From the NCBI GenBank assembly GCA_964247055.1, contig OZ176050.1, positions 3,100,001-3,164,000 on the forward strand: a stretch of 64,000 bases of DNA, read 5' to 3'. Every line of letters begins with the position of its first letter. The first letter of the stretch is position 1. Of the stretch, positions 1-13,379 are shown piece after piece. The notes under the pieces were generated by a model, which did no database searches, had not been told where the DNA came from, and saw only the letters and a list, made by a program, of their open reading frames with translations. Position numbers and translations under genes: made by a program. The stretch comes from Paragordius varius. Lineage: Eukaryota > Animalia > Nematomorpha.

Positions 1-226
1 GTCGAAATGCAAAACCGTATATATTAACAAGCTGTATAAGCAAAAAATATTAATAGTTTTTAACAACTCTTTGTATCTTATCTTAAAAATGAATTGATCC
101 AAAAATACCTTTTTTCTAAAATTCTAATTTCGAATAATCAATATTTTATTGACTAACCTATCGTATTTTACAAACATTGCGAAAAAATTGGAATATACAT
201 GATGATTTTCAAACTTTAGATTATAC

Positions 227-1839
227 CTAAAACCAAAAGACTGCGTTGAATTTTGCCGTTTGTTTCCTTTATGATGGCCTCTTCAATGCTATGTCGGGAA
301 AGGCGTTGATATTGATCAAATATTAATCTTAATTGGGCATAATTCCGTTTAGTTAATATGTCCACAAACGATTTCATATCCGTCCCAAATAATCGATTTC
401 TACCGCCCTCAAGTAATTTCTAAATTTTCCAAATATTCCACATTAATTCATAGTTTACGATAAATATAATAATTTTATACATTCTTATATAATTGAAACA
501 ATTATACTCTCTCCATTATAAATTTCATAAAAAGATTAATTTTTAAAAGTTACTTTTGCATCATTAAGAGCTTGATTGGGATCCGTGGTCTGTGATTGAT
601 CTCTGTCAGCCTAAATAAAATATATTATCAAAAATCGCTAAAAAATTGATATATCGGTAAAGATTAATATATAGGTAAAAATATAAAAAGATTGGTGAAT
701 ATATTGTGGAAGGTAAGATGGGAAGAGGCGCCCTAAATCGTGATGGAATGGCAAAACTGAACCTAAAACGCGAAAACATAGACAAGGTTCTATGGCGAAA
801 TAGTTTACGATGACCGCTCAAAAGAGTGATACCATATAAATCAGCATATATTGATATGGATTTTAAGAATGTTAATTATATTAAAATGCGATTATACTTT
901 GCTTAAGGCTACTAATAAATCTTCTACGTGTCCATGGGTATCTCCTTTGATCGAACTTGCAATATCTTTGCGATACACTAAATATTAAAAAATTAATATT
1001 TATTCTTAAAATATTTGCAATCAAAAAATACAAAAAAATTATGTGAAGGGATCATGTGAAATGTGTAATATCCGGAATTTAAAGAGAAACGCTTAGATTT
1101 CACATATTAGCAATTATGGTTTATTACATCTTCTATAGGCTTCTCTAATGGCAGCTAACTGTTGAGGAGTTCGCGTTAACATTATTTCAATGAGTGTTTC
1201 GAAATCGGTACCAAATCCCTAAGAGAAATAAAACGTAATAATTATAAAAATTTGAATGTTTTTTTGTTTCTCATACTTTGATAGATTCCCGAATTAATTT
1301 AGCATCGTAATCCGCTTTGGGTGTCATCAGAGCTACCAAAGTATCTTGATATTTACGATTCGTGTCAGACTTTATGTGGCTAATCAAATCCTTTTGCGTG
1401 GGTTTATTTGAACAGGGATAAATAAATAATTAAGTTTAAGAAAAAATTTAATAATTTATATATATTATTTTTAACGAATTCCTATACTCGCTTTGTAAGG
1501 GCCTTATATTGTTGAGCAATGAGTTGTCTTTCATCGTTCGTCCTCCCGGCAATTATACTGTTTAACTTGCCGGTATTTGTGCCTAAAAAGAAATGTAACT
1601 TTTTTCTTGAGCCAATTGCATATGAAAAAGATTAAAATGAATAAAATATTTTACCGAATCCAACCAATGCGTCTTTTAGAATTTTGGCATCTTGAACAGG
1701 ATTAAAATTTGGAGTTGGTTCTATAGTCCCCTCCCCCTAAAATAAATATAAAAAAGGGATACAATATATTGGTTAAAGACATAAGAGAGCTAATTTATTT
1801 CACACTTCTTTCCAAGTTGTGAATTAAACTTGACATCAT
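227..1839 (-). CDS. Annexin, paralog 1 (3' exons lie beyond the window start)
   Basis: Spliced exons 1839-1804 (tentative start), 1736-1655, 1582-1488, 1390-1277, 1218-1128, 977-898, 610-554 and 419-227, with GT-AG ends and consistent phases. They read GEGTIEPTPNFNPVQDAKILKDALVGFGTN...DLISHIKSDTNRKYQDTLVALMTPKADYDAK...GFGTDFETLIEIMLTRTPQQLAAIREAY...FGTDMKSFVDILTKRNYAQLRLIFDQY, which are typical annexin repeats 1-3. Exon sizes (82, 95, 114, 80, 57) match the neighbouring annexin. Confidence 0.93.
630..830 (+). mobile_element. Possible 3' fragment of an RTE-like LINE in an annexin intron
   Basis: Fragments YIGK...IVEGKMGRG...MAKLNLKRENIDKVLWRNSLR* resemble the C-terminal tail of RTE-clade ORFs (VEGKRxRGRP...DRxxWR). 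Judged by eye; the match is short and degenerate. Confidence 0.4.
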
Positions 1840-2296
1840 ATTAAATGTTTGTCAAAATTATAGATTTTTTCTGTAAGTGATTTTTTACAGTGGATATAAA
1901 AAACGCCCTTTTGAAATATATAACATTGTCCCAAAATTTGATTCTAGTTGCGCTGTGCTAAATATTAGTTTATTGTTTATAGAGTAACATACATCAGAGC
2001 AAAATAAAGAAGTGTCTTTTATCTAATTTTACTCTCTAATCAAGATTATTTATATTTGGTAATAATTTGGATCTGGTTACCCTCTTAGTTCATATAAAAT
2101 GCATTCATATTAATATTTCAAGCGAAATCGATCAAAAATATTACATTTTTAAAATTATAAAATACTGCAAAATTAGTAATTAAAATTAATTAATTTTATT
2201 TTCGAAAACTTTAACCTATAAAATTGGGTTTAATATATACGAGATTTAATTTGGTAGATTTCTTTAAAAGTATTTTAATCGAATGCTATAAAAATA

Positions 2297-2614
2297 TACC
2301 ATTTACAGTTCAAATTCACCCTTGGATTCAAATCCCTCCTCGAACAATTCAAATTTACTCTTAAAAAATTATATGTTTTAGCTAATATAACTCATTATTG
2401 ATATAAAATATATTTTTATGGCATAGTTTGTTATTTTCCAGTATTAATTTATAAACAAATTTCATTTTTTAAAAATATATAAAAATATAGGTAATTTGTA
2501 ATTTTGAAAAACGTGTAATTTATTTGAGAGTGAATTTGAATTGTTCGAGGGTGAGTTTTAATAATACAAGGGTGTTGAATTGTTTAATAGAAAATTTGAA
2601 TTGAAAGGGAATAT
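2297..2614. mobile_element. MITE with 21-bp subterminal repeats (copy 1)
   Basis: Left end TACCATTTACAGTTCAAATTCACCCT; degenerate inverted right arm of GGGTGAATTTGAATTGTTCGA-like units. The AT-rich core is shared with copies at 32215, 42046, 51563 and 59774. Confidence 0.8.
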
Positions 2615-3425
2615 ATTATTAATCAATAAATGTAACGAATAATTTGCTATTTTGCATTTACTAATAAGACTTGAAACATATTTGACTTAATTTTCAAAGG
2701 TATATCTTTATTATCATAAAAATTATATTTAACAATCGAAATGATCAAAATAATTTACCTTAATATATGCAGAATAGTTTATTAAAAGTAAAGCAATCAA
2801 AGGAGCAAACATTTTTAGACCCAATTATATATACAAAAATATTTATTATGTATATTAATTTTATTTTAGATTGGTGAACTTTAACTTATAATATGTTTTT
2901 ATTTAACATTACCGAACATTGGCATTATCAAAAGAAATTAATAATTGATATTCGTTCCGATTGATATATATTTGTGCAAATTCAATCAGTTGTCTGTTTT
3001 ATTTTATATTTTCATTACCATTTCATCTTAAGGTTATATGCCATTGAAAATTAATTATTGGGTTTTCCATCGCAAATCTATTAAACAATAATATTTATAC
3101 AAAACTTTCTTTAATAATTAATTTATGAATTTAGATAGGATGTTTAATGTCAAACAAATTCTTGGCGCTATAAAATGTTAATGGTGGTGCGCACTTGTGT
3201 TTGTTTTGACAATTAAAAATAGCATAATAAATCTTCTTTTTTCTTTTGGTTAATATAAATTTTTTTTTCTTAATTTTGATTTTGCACAACTTTTCCATAA
3301 TATTTATCGTTTGAGATAATTTTTGAAGCAAAAAAAAGATTGGAATAGCCATCATGAAGATGATAGTTTTTACCTTGATTTGTAACGTGCTATTTTTGTT
3401 GAACCGTATCCAATTTTCCGTAAGT

Positions 3426-3471
<46 letters not shown>

Positions 3472-3472
3472 T
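3426..3472. repeat. (TA)n microsatellite
   Basis: Near-perfect TA dinucleotide run about 100 nt upstream of the annexin 2 start codon. Confidence 0.9.
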
Positions 3473-3570
3473 TGAGATTGCCAATTTTTGAGGACTATAA
3501 ATGTCCACCTCCATTAACTAAATCGAATTTTACTTTTTTTTAATTTCCTGAAATTTTTGCACCACACCAA

Positions 3571-6500
3571 ATGGAAACTGAACTGGAAGATTACGAAACA
3601 GTTAAATACTTATTCTTGTTGCATTTGGATAACAAACATGATTTATAACATACATTTTTTTTAAAATCCAATCTTATTATCATGATGATATAATTTCGTA
3701 TCAAATAATGATATATATTATTTGTCATTTTTAGCTTGGAGGTACCATACTACCAAAACCAAATTTCGATCCGCAAGCCGCAGCCCAACTCTTAAAGAAG
3801 GCCCTCAAAGGAATTGGTATATATATTGAATTTTTTAATTTTTATCATTAATTTACCAATCTCGTAATGTATTCAATCTAAACAATAAGTTCCAATAAGT
3901 ATATTGAGAATAGGGTAATTCTAAATTTATATATGGAAACTCGCATCTAACTAATTAACTCATTTTATTATTTATCACCCATAAAATGTAATGAATAGCA
4001 GAATACAGCTATAACAGCTGGATATAAGCTCACCATATTTGAATATTAAAAATTAGGATATTTTAATATTTAGTACATTCTGCCTATAGTTTTTGTACCA
4101 TCCATCTATTCTTTATTACCATATTTCACGAGCTTGTTCGATTTTAATATTTAAAAGATCTTGAGGTTTAAATAAGTCATGGTGCGATTTTTACTGTAAT
4201 TTATTATTATTGTACAAAACAGGAACTGATACCTCAGCACTGACTAAATTGGTTGCTGGAAGTACCAATATGGAACGCCAACTCATGGCCGATGCTTATA
4301 AACGCCTAACTAGACGGGTAAAATAAAAAAATATTTATACACTTAATTTGTAAAAAATATTTTACAAAACCTCATTTTGTCAACATTTATGAATTAAGAT
4401 CTGATTTAAACTCACTTAAACTAAAATATGGTAGGATTTGATTGAACACATCAAGAGTGATACAAGTGGAAATTATGAGGATGTATTGGTTGCTTTAATG
4501 ACGCCAGCCGCAGAATACGATGCAAAAAATTTGCACCAAGCTATCACAGTAAAACATTGTTGATCCAAAAAAATATTTTTAACTTTTTTTTAAATTTTAC
4601 CATGTTTAAATTTATACATGATATTTTTATAATTAGGGTTATATGAAAGGGTACGGACAAGATCTCGATTTAGTTGCCGAAATTTTGAGTTCCAGGAATG
4701 GAAAACAAATTCAACATCTTCGTGAAGCCTACAAGAAATGTATAATTTTAAATATTTTTATAACTATAATTTTTGAGGTTGGCATATATTATTTACCTAT
4801 ATTATTGTCCATTTAGTGTACAATAAAGATTTACTTGCCGACATAAATCAATATACAAGCCCTGATGTGAAAGAAATTCTATTAGCTATGGCAGAGGTAT
4901 TTAATCAAGATACATATCAATAAAATGTAATAAGTGACTTTTTCGGCTGGACAATATTTAAATTTAGTGAGGAATATTCATTTATGCACGTATATATAGC
5001 GAATCCTTTTTTTAAAATTGGCCCCTGTAAAATAGGGTAAAAGCGTAAATCCTATCGGAATACTCATGGCACCATAGAATATATGATTTATATATAATTA
5101 AAGGCGTATTTATAACGGACAGATTTTTTAAATTGTATGCCATTTTTCAATCAAAAGCAACACTTGTTATCCACACGCAACATTTTTCATTCAAAAATGT
5201 GGCGTTTGATTGAAAAATGTTGCGTTTGATTAAAAAAGTGTTGCTGACTGAAAAATGGTAAACTTGGGAAAAGACTCAGCCTTTGTGAAATACGATTCTA
5301 AATGCAAAATTATTGTTATCCGACATGTTATTTAACAAAAGAATGTCATTTAGATATCCTTTAGGCATGCACACAATATGGTATTTTTAAAATAATTCAT
5401 ATGTTCGGCCTTCACTCTTCAAAAATAACATCAATGTTAGTTAGTCCATAATAATATAATAAAATCCTAAACACTTTATTTTATATTATCTTCATGCTTC
5501 CCACGAGATAACTAATCCATCTGCATAATATTTATTAAATGTTAAATGTTGTTGCTAAAATTCGCGAAAATTTGTGTCTATACTATCGCTTTTTACTAAT
5601 TTTAAATTAAGAGATTTTTTAAATTTTAGACCTTGTGTCTCCCCATTCTTAACAAAAAGGTTTTTTTTATTCATTTGTAAATCTGTCAATAAGAATCATT
5701 TATAAGGGTTTTCTAGACCTGTGTGAAAAATCGTGTCTCTGAAACCTATTTAATAAAATGTGAACTTTTAATTTTAATTCATTATTTTCTAATGGTCGAA
5801 GTATGAATATGCCCCTCTCTATTTCCCCATAATATGCTAAAAGCTTTTAAGCAATCCGCGGAATCTAGAATATCAATTGAAGGGGGATGGGTTGTTTGAA
5901 GTGTTGGTGAAATCGCCAACTAATTTATTATATCCATTTTTTCATCTTGTTTCAAGAATTTTATCGCACTCACTTATTAATCATGTTTAGATCAGAGTGA
6001 TAAGAACACTTTACAGCAAACATTGTATATATTTTTTTTTATAAAATATTCAAATTTATTTATATTCATAATATTTACTATAATTGTGTAATTGATTAGG
6101 GAAACAGAGCTGATAATGTTCCAGTAGATGGGGCCCAAGCTCAAGCCGATGCTAAGGTATTAATTTTTATATATACTTTATCATTAACTTAAAATCTTGG
6201 GAGTGTAATATATAATATTTTATATTATTAATCAAAAATCGAAATATTACAAATTTTTTCAATCGATTCGTATATGCTTCAATCCACTTTATTGTGTTTT
6301 ATATATAAATTATAAATTACAATATTGAAATATTTGGTAGGGCTTTACTGTAAAAAATAAATAATATTTTAAAACTGGAATGAAAAAATATACTCTATAA
6401 TTTAATACATACTTAAACCAATTGGGTAATTAAAGTATTCAGCTAAAATGTTAATTTTCACAATTAGTGCTTGCTTAAAACCGTTTTTATAGTTTTTACA

Positions 6501-7896
6501 ATATAGATTATAGAATATAAAATAAGTTTTGCCACAATTCTAAGTATATATAACAGTTTTACATAATATACGATGTCATATAATCTATTTAATCAATTAT
6601 GAATTTGTTTTCCACTAGTCGCTAAAAAAAATAATTTTTGGTTTTAGCATTGTACATATATGTAAAATTTCACACTTCAATTAGATAAATATATTTTACA
6701 AAATTTTATTATTATTTTATCATAGGCCATGTTTAATATTGAAAATCGATCGGTCGGCGCTAATATACCTGTAATTAAGCAAATTTTAGGGACCCGTTCT
6801 TTCGATCAACTCCGTCAAACGTTTGATGAACATCGTAAACAAACTAAACAACCTATCGATGCCACTATAAAAAGTCTTGTAACGGGGAAAACGCAGAATC
6901 TTTTGCTAAATATAAGTAACAATTACATATAAATAGTTACAGTTAAAATAAATAGTTTAAGGCAGGGGTTACGCGGTCTTCCGAAATATTTTTGTGCAGC
7001 ACGCGAGAAATTTCAAAAAATATCATATACAAAATCTTTTAATTCAAAAATGCTATTAATAAAATCAAGTAAAAACGATATGTTTTAAACAAATTTCTGG
7101 TTATATCTTTACAAATTTGGCGATGAGGAGCAAAAATTTTCAAAATAATAATAATTTTTTTACATTCGTAACAATATCTAATAAAATATTGATTAATGCC
7201 CACATATATTTTTTGTATGTGGCCGTCTGATTTTAAGGCTAAAATGCAGCCCGCGAAGCCATTTGTGTTCGGCAACTTTGTTCTTAGGCTTAATAATTTA
7301 GAAATCTTAACTTATCAATAAATTCATCCAACACTTTAGATTTATCAATATTTATTATACTACACTTGCTTTAGACATCATAATATTCAAACCTTTATTA
7401 ATATGATTGAGAATAGGATTAAATATATATTATTTTAATCTTAATTTCATATTTCACTACCCAAATTAATTTAGTATATAGGCTGATATAAAAAACTGTC
7501 TTAGAAACATTGAAAAAAATAATTACAAAATTTATCATAAAAATGATTCAAATTTAATTTACATTCTTTATAACTTATATAATTTTGATTTTTACTGTAT
7601 AGTTGGATGTATTCAAGACCCTGTTGGATTCTTTGCCCAGAAATTGAAACATTCATTGAAAGTATAATTTTATCTAGTGATTGAAGGGTATTGGTACCAA
7701 AGAAAGCGAACTTATTCGCGTATTGACCACGCGTTCCGAAGTCGATTTGGATAAAATTAAGCAAGTTTATGCTCAAAAGTTTGGTAGAAATTTGGAAAAG
7801 GCTGTTAGAGTATGAAATGAGTAAATAATTTTATAGGGTGATGTTCATGGCAAATTCCAAGACGTATTGGTCTCGCTTATTCGCGGCAATCGTTAG
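3571..7896 (+). CDS. Annexin, paralog 2 (complete, 11 exons)
   Basis: Exons 3571-3600, 3735-3816, 4223-4317, 4435-4548, 4637-4739, 4817-4896, 6100-6156, 6726-6915, 7603-7661, 7687-7809 and 7837-7896 (TAG). Four annexin repeats: KGIGTDT...KSDTSGNYEDVLVALM; KGYGQD; ILGTRSFDQLRQTFDE; KGIGTKESELIRVLTTRSEVDLDKIKQVY...GDVHGKFQDVLVSLIRGNR*. Confidence 0.95.
6963..7280. mobile_element. hAT (Charlie/Buster-type) MITE in an annexin intron
   Basis: Starts CAGGGG; right arm GCCCGCGAAGCCATTTGTGTT is shared with the elements at 28193 and 53903. The TSD is degenerate (GTTTAAGG/TTCTTAGG). Confidence 0.6.
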
Positions 7897-9933
7897 TTAT
7901 AACCAAAATATCTTGATTAAATGTGAATTACAAAAACCCCTTTTAATATACAAAATCAAAATTTATTCTAAAAAAATGTGTGGCATACCTATATCTATCT
8001 AATAAATTGTTTTAATTTGAAAGTTGCTATATTAATTTATACATATGAATTGATGTAATCTCAATGCTATGGTAGATCCGTTTACTGCCAATGATTAATT
8101 GGATTTGATTGCAGTGCTACTTTAACCGCGGCCCTAAAAGTGTTTTTTATAGCCTAGAATAGTTTATATTCAACTTTCTTGATGCATTTTTTTTGAGTAT
8201 AATTATCTCCAAATGTTTGTCAAGTGGCTATGAAATTTTATAGGTAATATAGGCCATTGACACAGATAGATATTTCTTGAAGACCTTTAAAATTTTTAAT
8301 AAGAACTACTCCATTATTAGTTCATCGTGGACAGAACTATAAGCCATATTCACAAGACAATTTCAGCATAAAAAAAATCCAATTGATATGTATGCTTAAT
8401 AAGTCATCTTCAACATTTATTGTAGAAAACATTTGGAATCACTCTCCGAACATTTCCTAAATTCATGATAACCTTATCCAATTCAACTTTTTATTATAAC
8501 CTTGGTTTTAATAAACCTTTGGTCTAGAATGTTTCAGGCAGGAAAGAGAACCAGTCTCAGTGTGATTTACTATTAGTCTTCTTTGTGTTCTTTCACTCAT
8601 TAATAACTCATTATCGTCTTTTTGATATAATATTGTTGATCTGTTTGAAAATTTAAGCAAAAAACACGTCACATCAAATAGTGGTGTCCAATATATTAAT
8701 TAGTGGAAAGAATTTAAATGTTAAACAGTTAAATATAAGTACTGCTCAGTTCTAGACACTTCATTTTGCTAACACAATAAATTACGCGTACCTAACCATC
8801 TGTAAATTCTTTCGAACGAACGGATTATTGCTATTGTTGAATAATTATCTTTTTAAATTTATCTATTTTTGAGTTACATTATGGATATTCGCAAATGACA
8901 CTTCAATTCTAAATAACGGATACTTTTAGATGATATTGTAGTACTCGACGATTTAGTAATTCTATAAAAATAAAATATTAGGCACTAGTCTATTTAGTAA
9001 ATAAAATTCCGTGATACAAATTGTGCACACAGTTAAGATTTTTAAAGCAAATACAATGTTGTATTTATTAATAGTGTGCTCCCCATGGTGTTACCGTTAA
9101 CCTCATATATTAAAGATAGAAAGAAATAGATGGCATTATAAAGATATAATGCCTTATCGTAATTTGTTTTTATTTATTTAAAAATTTCATTTTATTTCCT
9201 ACAAATAATTTTAAATTTACAATAAAATATACCCATTAATGAATAGTTAAAGCTTTCTTACCATAACAGCTGTTCTTCCTAAAACGTTTATTGTATTTTT
9301 GGCATTTATTTAAAATGTTAAAATGTCAACAAGTATAAAAATACTTTTTAAGCTTAAATAAAATACGATAAAAATATCCTAGTTTCTCAAGTCACAATGG
9401 AGTTCCGTTATCAATAAGGTGACCAGACGTCCCGCTTTTCCACACTTTGTCCCGCATCCCGCTACGTTTTTAAAATATCCCGCTTTTTCACGAGTATATA
9501 AAAAAAAATTTTCTAATACAAATAATTTTTTTATCTGTTTAAATTTTTTATCATTAAATATCTTTAAAATCTATATAAATTTTAAATTAATATTTATTTT
9601 TTTCGAATTTATATAATATGATTATACACTTTCCTCCCTACTACTACTGTCATCATTATCAAAAAGCCAAGTTAATACCATAAATCTCTAGATTAAAAGA
9701 CAAATTGATACCACAAATCGGTACCTTACACGTTTATTCCAGAAAATTAAGGTAATATAATATTTATTATACTAATATTTTAGTTTTATTACTTGTCAAC
9801 ATTATTAAAAAGCCAAATTAATACCACAAATCGGTAGAAAAGACAAATTGATACTACAAATCGGTACCTTACACGTTTATTCCAGAAAATTAAGGTAATA
9901 TAATATTCATTATACTAATAGTAGTTTATAAAT

Positions 9934-11781
9934 ATGAGCACAAAAAGAGGTTGTAAATTCAACGATGAATTAATGAAAGATTTTCCTTTTATCAAAAAAA
10001 CGAAGAATGAATCATCTGTTAAATGTATTATGCGAGGGGGAATTCACCCTAGCACATGGCGGCAAGCATGATATTACAAAGCATATGGAAACACACAAAC
10101 ATAAAAATATTTAGATATGGCGGCATCATCCTACAAAATGAGCGATTTTTTTCGAAAAACCGCTTTTGGAGAGGAAGAAAAGAATTTGGCACTAGCTGAG
10201 GGCGTGTTATCTTTTCACGCCGTTAATCACAATCATTCCTTTAGATCTATGGACTGTACCTCACAGGTTTTTCGCACGTTATTCCATAAAAAACTTACAT
10301 GTGCCCGTACAAAGGCTGAAGCCATTATGTGCAATGTCCTTTCGCCACATGCATTTTCTGAAATACAAAAAGCTGAAAATTAATTTCTTATCCCTATACT
10401 CTGATGCATCAAATCACCATTAAACAAAATTTTTTCCCAATTTAATAAGATATTTTGATTCAGAAACCGGAGTAAAAATTAAAATTTTAGATTTAATTTC
10501 ACTACCTGGTGAAAATTCCGAAATAATGTTTACTTCAATAATGCATATTCTAGAAAAAAATAATTTAAAAGACAAAATTATCGCATATGCGCTGACAACA
10601 CTAATACCAACTTTGGTGGAAAAGCAAGGAGGGGAACAAGAAATACTTTTCATAAATTAACAGATAATCTTAATTAAAACATTATTGGCGTTGGGTGTGC
10701 AGTGCATATAATACACAAAGCTATTCAAACAGCTGCTGATTTGTTACCCCTAGATGTGGAAAATGTAGTTGTTAAAATATATTCCTATTTTATATATACA
10801 CGATACGTGTTGAAACGCTTAAAGACTTCTGTGAAAATGCAGAAGTTTAATATCAAATGCTTGGATATTGTAAAACTTGTTGGTTAGCTTTTATGTCAGC
10901 TATGGAAAGAATTTTAAAAATGGATGATTCTTTAAAATATTTTTTTTATCACAGGACAAATGTCCTACAACTTTTAAAAAGTTTTTGAAAGTGATTCTTC
11001 AAAAATATGGTTAGGATTCTTACATAATCAAGCTTCTCTCTTTCAAAATGTTATTAAATTTATAAAAGGTATTTCGGCAATCGAAGTAGCCAATGAAATT
11101 AGCCTAAAATTCCAATGTCAAGAACGGAAAATAATTTTATACCATTAACCATCCGCAATATAATAAATAATTTAGAAAAAGAAGGCTTAATAAATCGCCA
11201 AGATATCCTGTACATATAAAAATGTTTTATACAAATTGTAAAGATTATTTGGAAGACTGGAGGACACAATTCAATGAAATAGATCATTTTCATTGGATAA
11301 CATTAAAATCAGAATTAATTGGTGCGATGTTCAAAAATTATTTGATTATATCTGCTCCCAAAAATTCTCAAAAAGTAATCTTTCAGAAAATGATCTTTTT
11401 TCTGAAGATTCATTAGTTAAAAGATATATTAATAATGAAAAACTTAAATTATGGACAAAAGAAAAATATACAGTAGAAAAGAAATGGTTGGAAATATTCC
11501 ATCATTTTGAAGCCAACTATATTACATACAATAATATTTTAAAAATTGTGGAATTCGCACTATCTTTACCTGGAACCAACGCTGCTACTGAGCGCGTTTT
11601 TTCCACAGTAAATCAGGTGTGGACATCGGGAAAATCAAATTTAAATGTTAAAACTTTAAAGGCCGTTTTATCTGTCAAATATAATTTGACAAATTCTTGT
11701 GAAAACTTCTACAATATTTTAAAAAATAATGACAATCTGCTAAAACGCATTCACTCAAACAAAAAATATACCAAAGAATAA
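9934..11781 (+). pseudogene. hAT transposase pseudogene (frameshifts and stops)
   Basis: BED-finger-like C-x2-C...HGGKHDITKHMETHKHK after a frameshift, and KKLTCARTKAEAI. The C-terminal hATC dimerisation motif ALSLPGTNAATERVFSTVNQVWTSGKSNL lies in ORF 11293-11781. Confidence 0.9.
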
Positions 11782-11829
11782 AATATTTTCTTTAAAGTTT
11801 TTATGTTAAAAAATTAACAAACATACATA

Positions 11830-12655
11830 GAATATTGTATAAGTCTTCATAATTTGTCAAATTATATTTGAACACATAAAATGGCTTTTATTCAATATTT
11901 AAATTTGATTCCGTGTCCTTACTTAATTTAGTGTGGGAAAACGCGTTCAATAGCAGTGGTTCAGGTAAAGATAATGCAAATTCTACAATTAAAATATTAT
12001 TGTATGGAACATAATTTGTTTACAAATGATTATTTTAACCATTTATATCCTACGTATTTTTTTCTGTTGTCCATAATATAAGTTTTCATTCAATATATTT
12101 ATTTAATAATGAGACTTCATTAAAAAGTGTCATTGTGCACCGTCTTGTCTTCCAAATAATCGTTTCTGTTTGTATGAAACATTTTTGTATTCTGGCTATT
12201 CATTGAGCCTTGATTTTCTGGATGCTTTATAATATTGCAATTAGGTAATGGTATAAAATTATTTTCTAATCTCTTTTGACTTGGAATTTTGACCTTTGTC
12301 CTGTGATAAAAAATAGGATTCTAGGAGATCACATTTTTATAAATATTTCAATCGCTGGCAAAAGAGCTAACCAACAGTTCTACAATATCCAAGCATTTTA
12401 ACATCTATATTTTCCACATCCAGGGGTAACAAATCAGTAGATGGTAGAATAGAGTTGTGTATCTGCCAATAATGTTTTGATTAAGATTATTCGCTAAATT
12501 GTTAAAAATATTTTTTGTGCCGCTCTTGCATCACCCAGCGCACTTTGTGATAATTAATTATTTTTTTCTAGAATATTACAATTACTTCACCCTTTGTTCG
12601 TGCACATGTAAATTTATTGAATAAGGTACAAACAACCTGTAAGGTACAAATTCTT
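11830..12655 (-). pseudogene. Antisense, multiply deleted copy of a related hAT transposase inside the same element
   Basis: The reverse complement aligns block-wise to 10250-11725. Shared blocks include TGTACCT(C/T)ACAGG, TTACATGTGC, ATATTCTAGAAAAAAATAAT, GATTTGTTACCCCT(A/G)GATGTGGAAAAT, AAATGCTTGGATATTGTA, GATTATTTGGAAGAC and CAAATATAATTTGACAAATT. Confidence 0.88.
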
Positions 12656-13379
12656 TTATATTTATAATGTATTTGTGTTAAAAATAAATAAATATTACAA
12701 ATTTTTTGTATGAAAATTTTTGGTTATACCCCCCAATGACCCTCCCCCCCCCTTCTCAGATTTGTCCCGCTTTTTCCTTCAAAAAATCTGGTCACCTTAG
12801 TTATCAATAAATTTGAAAATATTAAGCAATTAAAAAAGTATCTGCGTGAATGCACTTCACATGGGTAAATGTTCCCATCATTTTATCCCTGTATGGTAAT
12901 TAGGGATACAATCTATATATAAATATATCATTAAAGTATTTCCATAGTACAAAGCACGTTTTAGCAAGAGAACTATTTTTATTAGAATTCTTCAGGCAAG
13001 CTTAGTGTTTCTTTCTTAATGTAATAATTTTTTTACATGTTTGACCATAGCACTTTCCTGATTCAAAATAAACTTTACAAATTCCCGGCCGATGAATTTT
13101 GCCTTTTTAATATTTATAAAAAAAATTCTTTAGCTTTTTACGGGGTCGGAAACGCGTTTTAATATTAAATTTACTTAAAATTTTTGATTTTTCACTAGTT
13201 AAATATAGAATATAGGGTAAAGAAAATTTTAAAATTCTTTTTACTGTTTTTTTGCATATTTAATTCTTTTTAAATTTTTTATATCTTTTATATTGTACAC
13301 GTTGGATAAAATTGTTTTAACACTAAAATCATGACTTCTTGTTCAATGTATCATATGTTAGTTTGTTTCTACGTTTATA

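Larger units (their letters stand above)
9415..12799 (+). mobile_element. hAT DNA transposon, 3385 bp, decayed
   Basis: TIRs TAAGGTGACCAGA / TCTGGTCACCTTA. Perfect 8-bp TSD GTTATCAA at 9407-9414 and 12800-12807. Subterminal TCCCGC motifs and an internal transposase pseudogene. Confidence 0.95.

Noticed and set aside
4637-4651. Alternative acceptor removing the GYMK insertion in annexin 2
   Set aside because: The downstream AG (4648-4649) is out of frame; only the 4635-4636 acceptor preserves the repeat.
4946-5412. Possible TIR element in an annexin intron with repeated TTTGATTGAAAAATG motifs
   Set aside because: Termini and TSD could not be defined with confidence.
8280-8960. Slightly GC-richer patches with possible exon or retrotransposon gag-like fragments (SWTEL*AIFTRQF)
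   Set aside because: Many stops in every frame, no coherent splice chain and no recognisable motif; too weak to call.
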